Assembly: GCA_963718915.1 (NCBI GenBank)
Contig: CAVRAI010000003.1
Span: forward strand, 480,001-512,000
Direction of reading: 5' to 3'
From: an uncultured Chloroflexia bacterium
GTDB lineage: Bacteria > Chloroflexota > Ktedonobacteria > Ktedonobacterales > JADMIN01
Length of the DNA stretch: 32,000 nucleotides
In this document: positions 25,066 through 32,000 of the stretch, piece by piece
How the letters are laid out: each line of letters begins with the position of its first letter
Numbering within the stretch: position 1 is the first letter of the stretch
Program-made: the position numbers and the translations under genes
Notes under the pieces: model-generated
What the model saw: only the letters and a program-made list of their open reading frames with translations
Database searches by the model: none
Told to the model about the DNA's origin: nothing

Positions 25066-25778
25066 ATGACAGATGCGACATCGGGGCCGGATAACGCTTC
25101 GGAAGATGATTCATCAGGACAGGAATTGATCCTCGAAGTTGCCTGCAATGTTGCCAACACCCTTGAGCAGGCCGTTGGGCTTGGCGAGGAAGACTTGCTG
25201 CGGGTGGCGCTGCTCACACTGGAACGTGTGCGGGTGTCGGAGTCGGTTGAGATCAGTGTGCTGGTGACGGATGATGAAGGGCTGCACGAGTTGAACCGCG
25301 ACTTTCGCGGGAAGGATGAGACGACCGATGTGCTGTCGTTCCCGCTGCTCGCCGCGCCGCTGGTGGAGGCTCCCGCCGACGAGCTTTGGCAGCCGGACGA
25401 AGATGATAATGGGGATGATGCGGCCCAGGTAGAGCAATGGCCCGACAGCGCCGACCACGGATCCGCTGGCCTCATGGATTCCGACGACGATGAAGAGAGC
25501 GATACCACGACGACGGCGGCAGGCGACGGGGATGGCGATGCGGCGACGACGACGACTATGACGATGGGCCAATGCATCTTGGGGACATTGCGATATCACG
25601 AGATGCTGTGGTGCGCCAGGCGGCGGCGGCTGGCCACAGCGTTCCCTGGGAGTGCGCCTATCTGTTTGCGCATGGGCTGCTACATTTGATGGGATACGAC
25701 GACTCAACCGACGCTGGCTATCGCGCGATGGTTGCGCACCAGGAGGCCGTGCTGACCGAGGCGCATATCACCCGCTGA
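25066..25778 (+). pseudogene. ybeY: Endoribonuclease YbeY (rRNA maturation factor) with a long acidic insertion and an apparent -1 frameshift near 25543-25545
   Basis: Frame 1 gives ...NRDFRGKDETTDVLSFPL plus an acidic low-complexity tract. Frame 0 (open from 25494) gives GDDDDYDDGPMHLGDIAISRDAVVRQA...FAHGLLHLMGYDD, the YbeY metal-binding motif. The junction lies in gcg gc|gac gac gac. Confidence 0.8.
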
Positions 25779-25853
25779 CGGCGCTATGGCGATGTGACGA
25801 TATGACGCGACGCTAGCAGACATTCCGAAATACTTCAAGGCAGAAACTGGCAT

Positions 25854-26312
25854 ATGCACAATACCTTTAGCGGAAACACCCCGCCATCACCAACTCAATT
25901 TCCTGATTCGGCGCATGTTGACCCCAGCTCAACAGAGCGCGCGGCTTTTCTGCGCAGCTTTGTCTACGCCGCCCACGGCCTCGTCTACGCCATCCGTACC
26001 CAGCGCAACGCGCGCGTCCATGCCATCATCGGCGCGGGAGCGATTGTCCTGGGGCTGGTGCTGCACATCTCTCCGGTCGAGTTCGCGATGATCTTCGTCG
26101 CCATTACGCTCGTCTTCATCGCGGAGATGTTCAATACGGTCGCCGAGGCGTGTGTCGATCTGGTGACGCGCGAATATCACCCACTCGCCAAAATCGCCAA
26201 GGATGTCGCGGCGGGGGCTGTGCTGCTGAATGCGATCCTCTCGGTGGTGATTGGCCTGCTGGTCTTCGGGCCGCACCTGCTCGCGCTCTTCTTCGGCGTG
26301 CATGGTCGCTAA
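25854..26312 (+). CDS. dgkA: Diacylglycerol kinase / undecaprenol kinase family (DgkA)
   Basis: Three TM helices and the EMFNTVAEACVDL motif (E-x-x-N-T-A-x-E). It occupies the conserved ybeY-dgkA gene order. Confidence 0.85.
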   Translation: MHNTFSGNTPPSPTQFPDSAHVDPSSTERAAFLRSFVYAAHGLVYAIRTQRNARVHAIIGAGAIVLGLVLHISPVEFAMIFVAITLVFIAEMFNTVAEACVDLVTREYHPLAKIAKDVAAGAVLLNAILSVVIGLLVFGPHLLALFFGVHGR

Positions 26313-27190
26313 TGGTCGCATCATCGACGAATGACACAGGAATGCGCGTGGGCAGCGTGCGCGCACTCTGGCGCTACCCCGTCAAGTCCATGCGGGGCGA
26401 GCGACTGACTCAGGCATCGGTGAGTGTACGCGGCATCGCGCATGATCGTGGCTATGCGCTGCTCGACCAGGAGACCGGGAAAATCGCGAGCGCCAAGCGT
26501 CCCCGCATGTGGGGGCGCCTGCTCCAATGTCAGGCGTGGTTCGTCACGATGGATGGAGTGGCGCGCATTGCGCTGCCCGATGGGCGCGAGCTGCTGACAA
26601 GCCAGGACGATGCCGACGGGCTACTATCGGCGCTGACGGAGCGGCCAGTTCATATGACGCGAACACCGCCAGAGTCACCGGAGATCGAGCGCTACTGGCC
26701 GGATGTCGATGGCCTCCAGTTGCGCGATATGGTGACGTCGGGGCGGATCGGGCAGGGTGCGCCTCAGGGCACGTTTTTCGACTACGCGCCACTCCATCTG
26801 ATGACGACCGCCACACTCGATCATCTGCAAGCGCTCTATCCGCGCGGCCAGGTGGATCCGCGCCGCTTCCGGCCCAATCTGGTGATCGAGACGCCCGATG
26901 ACATACAGGGCTTCGCGGAGAACGAGTGGGTCGGGCGAACTTTTCAGATTGGCGCCGAGGTGCGTCTGCGCATAACCAATCCATCGCCGCGATGTGTCGT
27001 GCCAACCCTCCCGCAGAGCGAGCTGGCAGAAGATATTGGAATATTGCGCGCAGTGGCGCAACACAATCGACCGCCTGTGCCCACGCTCGATGGCGCGCGG
27101 TTGCCCTGCCTGGGAGTCTACGCCTCCATTGAGCGTGGCGGTGTCATCCGCTCGGGCGACGCCGTGGTGGAAATCAGCTACGAGCAATAG
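26312..27190 (+). CDS. MOSC domain protein (YcbX-like, MOSC_N beta-barrel + MOSC)
   Basis: A TAATG overlap with the dgkA stop places the ATG at 26312; ATG 26342 is the alternative. LWRYPVKSMRGE marks the N-terminal barrel. NPSPRCVVPT contains the invariant MOSC cysteine. Confidence 0.85.
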   Translation: MVASSTNDTGMRVGSVRALWRYPVKSMRGERLTQASVSVRGIAHDRGYALLDQETGKIASAKRPRMWGRLLQCQAWFVTMDGVARIALPDGRELLTSQDDADGLLSALTERPVHMTRTPPESPEIERYWPDVDGLQLRDMVTSGRIGQGAPQGTFFDYAPLHLMTTATLDHLQALYPRGQVDPRRFRPNLVIETPDDIQGFAENEWVGRTFQIGAEVRLRITNPSPRCVVPTLPQSELAEDIGILRAVAQHNRPPVPTLDGARLPCLGVYASIERGGVIRSGDAVVEISYEQ

Positions 27191-27234
27191 CCGGGCAGAT
27201 CCGTCTATTCGCTGCGGCCTTCAGGCTACGGCGC

Positions 27235-27981
27235 TTACGACTCAGCTGGCGGCAGCGCATATTCGCCACGATACTCTGGCGGCAGTAGCTCGGCGATATG
27301 ATACATGATGAGGTCGGTGTTGCGCGCCAGATCGTCGCGGGTGCGGCGCGGGCCGCTGGCCTCCAGGTGGAATGGCTTGCCATAGGTGACCGTGACCTGC
27401 GGACGGAATCGCTTGAAGACATTCTCAGTGCCTGAGATCGCCACGGGGACAATCGGCGCGCCAGTGCGGAGCGCGATCAGCGAGGTACCAGGGTGCGCCT
27501 GGATCAGCTGGCCGCCGCTGCGATGGCCCTCCGGGAAGATGACCAGGATCTTCCCCTGCGCGAGCAGCCGCTCGGAGATACGCAGCGATTCGCGGTCGCC
27601 CTCGCCGCGTCGCACCGGAAACGCGCCCAGCAGCCGCATGATGCCGCCGAGCACTGGTTGCCCGAATAACTCGATCTTGGCCATATAGTGCGCGGCGCGC
27701 GGTACCTTGATGGAGGCCAGCGGAATATCAACCCATGCGATATGGTTCTGCGCCATGATGACAGGGCCGCTTGTGGGGACATTTTCGAGACCGACGATGC
27801 GCAGGCTGGCAAGCAATGGAATGACTAGCCTTACGACAAGCTTTGCGAAGGCGTAGAAGCCCTTTGATTCCTGGCCGACGCGATCTTCTGGCGGCGCTGA
27901 GTTCGATGATAGTGATGGTTGCGAAGGCTGGGACGGCTGCGAGGGTTGCGACGAAGACGCTGGTGGATTGGCGCTCATCAT
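27235..27981 (-). CDS. plsC: 1-acyl-sn-glycerol-3-phosphate acyltransferase (PlsC / LPLAT family)
   Basis: NHIAWVD is the H-x4-D catalytic motif, and FPEGHRS is the second acyltransferase block. An N-terminal SQPSQPSQPSQPS repeat is present. The start overlaps the cmk stop (ATGA). Confidence 0.85.
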   Translation of the reverse strand: MMSANPPASSSQPSQPSQPSQPSLSSNSAPPEDRVGQESKGFYAFAKLVVRLVIPLLASLRIVGLENVPTSGPVIMAQNHIAWVDIPLASIKVPRAAHYMAKIELFGQPVLGGIMRLLGAFPVRRGEGDRESLRISERLLAQGKILVIFPEGHRSGGQLIQAHPGTSLIALRTGAPIVPVAISGTENVFKRFRPQVTVTYGKPFHLEASGPRRTRDDLARNTDLIMYHIAELLPPEYRGEYALPPAES

Positions 27982-28673
27982 GATGAAACCTCCCGCTCGG
28001 CGAGATCGTGGAGCAGGGTCAGAATTCGGGCGACGGTTTCATCAGCCGTCAACATATCATTGTTAATCGTGTAGGCGTCTGGCGCGGGCTGCATCTGCTT
28101 CTGGTCTTTGCCATCCCGGCGTGCGATTTCCTCGCGCACCTCGTCGAGCGTCGGCGCTTTTTCGCCCATGCTGGCCACCAGATCGCCGTGACGTCGTTGC
28201 GCGCGCTGCTCCAGCGAGGTGGTCAGCCAGATTTTGAGATCCGCGTCTGGCAGCACCACTGTGCCAATGTCGCGCCCAACCATCACCACCGTCTGATCGT
28301 CGGCCATCGCGCGCTGGAGGATCCTCAGCGCGTCCCGCACGCTGGGGTGGCTCGAAACCCGTGAGACGTTCGTCTCCACCTCTGGCGTGCGCAGTGCTGG
28401 TGTGATATCAGTGTTCCCGGCGAGGACGGTATACTGGCGTCCGTCGCGGATCGTCGGCGTCACGATGCGGATGTTGCTCGATTCCGCCAGCGCGGTGAGC
28501 CGTGCGCTCTCGTCGGGATCGATGTGTTCGGCGACGGCCAGTACCGTGAGCGCGCGGTAGAATGCGCCCGAGTCCACATACAGGCATCCCAGGGAGAGGG
28601 CAACGCGCTCGCCGATGGTGCTTTTGCCCACGCCAGCTGGGCCGTCAATCGCTATTTGCGGGTGCTCGCGCAT
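27978..28673 (-). CDS. cmk: Cytidylate kinase
   Basis: MREHPQIAIDGPAGVGKSTIGERVALSLGCLYVDSGAFYRA carries the P-loop and the Cmk N-terminal signature. The internal ATG (28671-28673) is preferred over the longer ORF-track start. Confidence 0.9.
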   Translation of the reverse strand: MREHPQIAIDGPAGVGKSTIGERVALSLGCLYVDSGAFYRALTVLAVAEHIDPDESARLTALAESSNIRIVTPTIRDGRQYTVLAGNTDITPALRTPEVETNVSRVSSHPSVRDALRILQRAMADDQTVVMVGRDIGTVVLPDADLKIWLTTSLEQRAQRRHGDLVASMGEKAPTLDEVREEIARRDGKDQKQMQPAPDAYTINNDMLTADETVARILTLLHDLAEREVSS

Positions 28674-28940
28674 GGTATGATGCAGCCTCCGCTTCGCACA
28701 AGGGGAACGCGGGCAAGACACCCGCACGACCTATGGCACGCACAGTGCGTGTAGCGCGCCGGGGGCATTATACCAGCCAAATCAGATGGCCGCAAAGCAC
28801 TCTCTGGCGTACAACTCTCTCAGGGTGTACGATACACTGCGACGAGACAGGGGAGAGCATCGTAGAGACCACGTAGGGCGTATGAGCCATACGGTGTTGT
28901 GAAGATACCGAGCCGCCTGACTCTGTCGGCGCAAACAACG

Positions 28941-28967
28941 CAAAGAACCCAAAGAACCCAAAGAGCC
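28941..28967. repeat. 9-bp tandem repeat x3 (caaagaacc, caaagaacc, caaagagcc)
   Basis: Read directly, about 45 nt upstream of the ECF sigma start at 29012, in the divergent cmk / sigma intergenic region. Confidence 0.9.
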
Positions 28968-29011
28968 GCAGCGCAACGAGCGAGGCGGCGGAACGTTGGA
29001 GGAGGTTGCCG

Positions 29012-29815
29012 ATGAATCCACGCGATTTGTTCTTCCGTGGAGGCCTCCGGCGTGACGAAGATGCTGGGCGGCCGGGGCAGAAAGCTCAGCCATCCACATC
29101 GTGTGATGGCACGAACGATAACGATGATGTCGCCAGTGAGCGCCAGTGGATTGCCTACGCCCAAAAGGGTGACCAGGAGGCGTTTGCGGTGCTGGTGAAT
29201 CTCCACCAGCGACAGGTCTACCAGCTGGCGATGCGGATGCTGCGCGATGAAGACGAGGCAAGCGAGGCGACCCAGGAGGTGTTTCTCGCGGCCTGGCAGC
29301 ATCTCCATTCGTTCCGGGGCGATGCGCGGCTGGCGACGTGGCTGTATCGCATTACCTACAACCACTGCCTCAAAGTGGCGGAGAGCCGCCGCCGCGATAA
29401 CGAGGCGCGTCAGGCGCTGGTCGCGGCCTCGCGCGCGGGGCAGCCCGCGAGCCAGTTGAGCGCTTCGCTGGCGCTGGCCGCCGAGCGTGACGTGCAGGCA
29501 ACGGTGCGCCAGCAGATCGAGCAACTGCCTAATAAATATAAGCGGGCGCTGGTCCTGCGTCATCTTCAGGATCTCAGCTATGAAGAGATGGCTGACGTGA
29601 TGCGCGTTCCTATAGGAACAGTCAAGACGCAGTTATTTCGCGCGCGGATATTGCTCAAGGAGCGTCTCGATGCGCTGGAACGCGCGCGGGCGGAAGGTGT
29701 GGCGCGCGCCGGGGAACTGCGCGCCGGATTTGAGGCGAATCTGCGAACGGTGCTGGATCAACGTCTGGACTACGCGGGCAACGGCAAAGGAGACGGCCAG
29801 TCAACTGCCCTATAG
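29012..29815 (+). CDS. ECF-type sigma-70 family RNA polymerase sigma factor (second copy in window)
   Basis: GGAGGAGG (28998-29005) precedes ATG 29012. Region 2 is EATQEVFLAAWQHLHSFRGDARLATWLYRITYNHCL. Region 4 is LSYEEMADVMRVPIGTVKTQLFRARILLKE. Confidence 0.9.
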   Translation: MNPRDLFFRGGLRRDEDAGRPGQKAQPSTSCDGTNDNDDVASERQWIAYAQKGDQEAFAVLVNLHQRQVYQLAMRMLRDEDEASEATQEVFLAAWQHLHSFRGDARLATWLYRITYNHCLKVAESRRRDNEARQALVAASRAGQPASQLSASLALAAERDVQATVRQQIEQLPNKYKRALVLRHLQDLSYEEMADVMRVPIGTVKTQLFRARILLKERLDALERARAEGVARAGELRAGFEANLRTVLDQRLDYAGNGKGDGQSTAL

Positions 29816-30123
29816 CTGAGGCTATGAGGCTTGCAACTACGGAGGTTCACCGTGTCGCCATCAGGAGTGCTACTTCCCGCACTTCCCTACCCGGTTCGCA
29901 TCGGGAGGTCGGCTGACAACCAGAGTGGGGCTGTCCGACCCGTCTACGTGCAAGCGGCACCCACTATACTCCCGGCTCCTAACCGAAGCCAGGAGCTTGC
30001 CGCTCGATGTCACCATCCTAAGCACGACGCTCGCGTTTCCGCGTGATAGATGCACTATACTCCGGAAAGGAGGCGGCCATTTCTCCCTGGGATAGAAGTC
30101 CGGGGTCTTCTGGTCAAAGAAAG

Positions 30124-30660
30124 ATGAACTGCTCACAATATGCGGACTGGCTCCAACTTTCGGTGGATGGGCGGCTAGATGCCAACCGACAACGTAGCCT
30201 GGAGGCTCATCTGGCGGTGTGCGCGGCGTGCCGACATGACTATGTGTTGCTCGAAGAGGTACGCGATGCGCTGGCTATGCCCGTCGTCGTAGATGTTGAC
30301 TTGAGTGACGCCATTCGCCAGCGTGTCGCCCAGTATGAGCAGGTGATGGTTGCTCGCCGCGAGCGGCTCCGTGCGTTTCGCCGCGATCTCATGAGGAACA
30401 GCGCGATCGTCGTGGTCCTCCTGATGCTGATGGTGGCGTTCCTGCAGCCAGGGCTCTGGCATTCGGCGACCGATTCGGTGCAGCGCACCTGGCCGCAGGT
30501 GCTGACACTGGCTATGTCGCCTGGCCCATATTCCATCGCCTGGGCCATCTGGGCGGCGGCGGGGCTGGTGGCGCTGGGCCTGTTCATCTGGCTGCGGCGC
30601 ACCGAGACGCTGACGACCTGGCGGCGCGCGCTGGAAGAGCGGATCTCGCAAATCCGTTAG
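30124..30660 (+). CDS. Anti-sigma factor (zf-HC2) with one or two TM segments
   Basis: The N-terminus MNCSQYADWL...HLAVCAAC carries the H-x3-C-x2-C motif. Hydrophobic segments are NSAIVVVLLMLMVAFL and AIWAAAGLVALGLFIWL. The start is inferred from family N-terminus length; the SD is weak. Confidence 0.75.
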   Translation: MNCSQYADWLQLSVDGRLDANRQRSLEAHLAVCAACRHDYVLLEEVRDALAMPVVVDVDLSDAIRQRVAQYEQVMVARRERLRAFRRDLMRNSAIVVVLLMLMVAFLQPGLWHSATDSVQRTWPQVLTLAMSPGPYSIAWAIWAAAGLVALGLFIWLRRTETLTTWRRALEERISQIR

Positions 30661-30876
30661 CCACGCCTGGTGGTAGCGTTCTGGCAACGGAGGTCGCACA
30701 GCGGTTGAGGCGGTCGCACGGAGGCGTGGAGGCGTGGAGGCGTGATTCATCCCTGGGCAGCCACGTCCTCCCGCCGCCACCGAGCCGGAACTTCGGATGT
30801 CGTACTCGGATGTCGTACATAGAATGCTGAAGACTTGTAATGCTGGAATGCTTGTGACCGCAAGAGGAGAAAACGT

Positions 30877-32000
30877 TTGAGATCCGAGCCAGCACCGTCG
30901 GGAGGAAGCGCGGGACCAGTACGCCTGCCATCGTGGGCCTATGCCGCTGTGACGGTGGCCTCGCTGCTGATTGGCGTTACGGCGGTGGTTCGCGGGACGA
31001 GCGCCATTGTGGTTGCCGAGGATAGTGACCTTACGAACTTCTTCTTCAAATCCGCGAACTACATCCTTCAGGGCGAGCCCTGGCAAATCTATGCCGCGCG
31101 TGGCAGTGGTCTCACCTCAACCTATCCCAACTTTAACCCGCCACTGAGCATGTTCCTGATCGCGCCGCTGCTCTCGCTCGCCCATGCGCTCCATGCGGTC
31201 AGCTATGGCGCGCAGATAACGGTTGTCTCGCTCCCCTTCGTCGTACTGGTACCGCTGCTGGCCTATATCACCGCGCGTGTCCTTCGCTGGCTCTACCCGG
31301 AAATCCCCGAGACACAGCTATTCTTGGCATATATGCTCATCGCGCTCTCGCCGCTGGCGTGGCAATCGCTGACACCGTGGTACCATCTGGAACAGCCGTT
31401 GATGCTCTGCCTGCTGGTGCTGGCGATTGCATCTCTACAGGGGCGGCGTGAGGGACTGGCTGGTCTGCTGGCGGGGCTGGCGTTCCTGACACGCACGACG
31501 GCGCTGATGCCGCTGGTCGCGCTGGGGGTATTATTGCTGGTGGCGCGCGAGTGGCGCGGACTCTTACGCTTCGGTGGTGTTGCCGCGACGGTGAGTTTTG
31601 TCGGCCTGCTGCCATTCTTTCTCTTCGATCCGCATGACACCCTCTATTCGCTCGTCAGCTGGCGCGGTAGCTCGCAGATTGGTGGCAACTCCATCTGGAG
31701 CATCTTCGCCTATTCAGGCGACGACAGCTCAATTCGCTACCTAATCAACGGGGTCGCCGAGCGGCTCGATATGTATAGTGTGCTGCTGTTCATTGTTATT
31801 GTGGCGTTCGTGGCGGCGCGACGGCGTGGCATCTCCGCCTATGGAACGGATGCCTGGGCGGTGGTCGCGATTGCCTGCCTCGCGACGCCGATGCTCTCCA
31901 AGACGGTCTGGCCGTACTATTATCTGGAACCATTTGTGCCGCTGCTGATCTGGGAATACGCGACGATGTACAACCGGCGTGGCGGTGTCTGGCGCTGGCC
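30877..32000 (+). CDS. 3'-truncated (window edge) polytopic membrane glycosyltransferase, GT87/DUF2029-like (GT-C fold)
   Basis: The ORF is absent from the track because it has no stop inside the window. The frame is open from 30841, with TTG 30877 placed 6 nt after AGGAGA. Many TM helices are present, and the first-loop motif DLTNFFFKSANYILQGEPWQIYA...YPNFNPPLSMFLIAPL resembles DUF2029 mannosyltransferases. Confidence 0.7.
   Translation, partial: MRSEPAPSGGSAGPVRLPSWAYAAVTVASLLIGVTAVVRGTSAIVVAEDSDLTNFFFKSANYILQGEPWQIYAARGSGLTSTYPNFNPPLSMFLIAPLLSLAHALHAVSYGAQITVVSLPFVVLVPLLAYITARVLRWLYPEIPETQLFLAYMLIALSPLAWQSLTPWYHLEQPLMLCLLVLAIASLQGRREGLAGLLAGLAFLTRTTALMPLVALGVLLLVAREWRGLLRFGGVAATVSFVGLLPFFLFDPHDTLYSLVSWRGSSQIGGNSIWSIFAYSGDDSSIRYLINGVAERLDMYSVLLFIVIVAFVAARRRGISAYGTDAWAVVAIACLATPMLSKTVWPYYYLEPFVPLLIWEYATMYNRRGGVWRW

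Noticed and set aside
27915-27960. SQPSQPSQPSQPS repeat at the PlsC N-terminus and Thr8 run (14986-15009) at the hemolysin-III 5' end as possible phase-variable tracts
   Set aside because: These are imperfect triplet-multiple repeats that preserve the frame. They are more likely low-complexity linkers or non-coding if the downstream start is used, and there is no evidence of switching.
30050-30115. RNase P-like (agaaGUCCGGGgtc) and SRP-like (cuccGGAAaggag) strings in the sigma/anti-sigma spacer
   Set aside because: Only short partial resemblance to the conserved GGAAAGUCCGGGC and GGAA-tetraloop cores. The surrounding helices and the required length are absent.
30175-31086. 303-aa minus-strand ORF spanning the anti-sigma gene, the intergenic repeats and the GT87-like gene start
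   Set aside because: It crosses two well-supported + strand genes and a repeat-filled gap, and its composition is unprotein-like.

Overview
High-GC bacterial chromosomal segment, about two-thirds G+C by eye. Gene content and GC-rich repeat families suggest a Chloroflexota/Ktedonobacteria-like organism (inference only). I found no rRNA, tRNA or CRISPR. Left to right: (1) An AT-richer two-gene cassette at 1-1524: a helical protein plus a zinc-ribbon/HEPN Rx4H protein. It is followed at once by a 28-codon hsdR 5' stub, a small ORF, a GT4 glycosyltransferase, and a full-length but frameshifted, orphan type I hsdR (4113-7371). (2) An MBL-fold/Rieske gene split into pieces. (3) An HExxH protein plus a small TG-motif membrane protein, then VOC and PPOX/F420 enzymes and a divergent LeuC/LeuD-like aconitase pair. 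(4) A CMD/AhpD-like gene with an in-frame TGA at the second Cys of CxxC, followed by a SECIS-like hairpin. (5) Hemolysin-III, an aldehyde dehydrogenase, then an ECF sigma / zf-HC2 anti-sigma with a beta-propeller, a coiled-coil membrane protein and a 3xPKD membrane protein. (6) A ybeY(frameshifted)-dgkA-MOSC block, a convergent cmk-plsC operon, a second ECF sigma/anti-sigma pair, and a 3'-truncated GT87/DUF2029-like glycosyltransferase. Almost every intergenic region is filled with GC-rich palindromic repeat families. Top candidates for novelty are the restriction-linked Zn-ribbon-HEPN cassette and the candidate CxxU selenoprotein. Four indel-type gene disruptions in 32 kb (in hsdR, twice in MBL/Rieske, in ybeY) mean assembly quality must be checked before calling pseudogenes.
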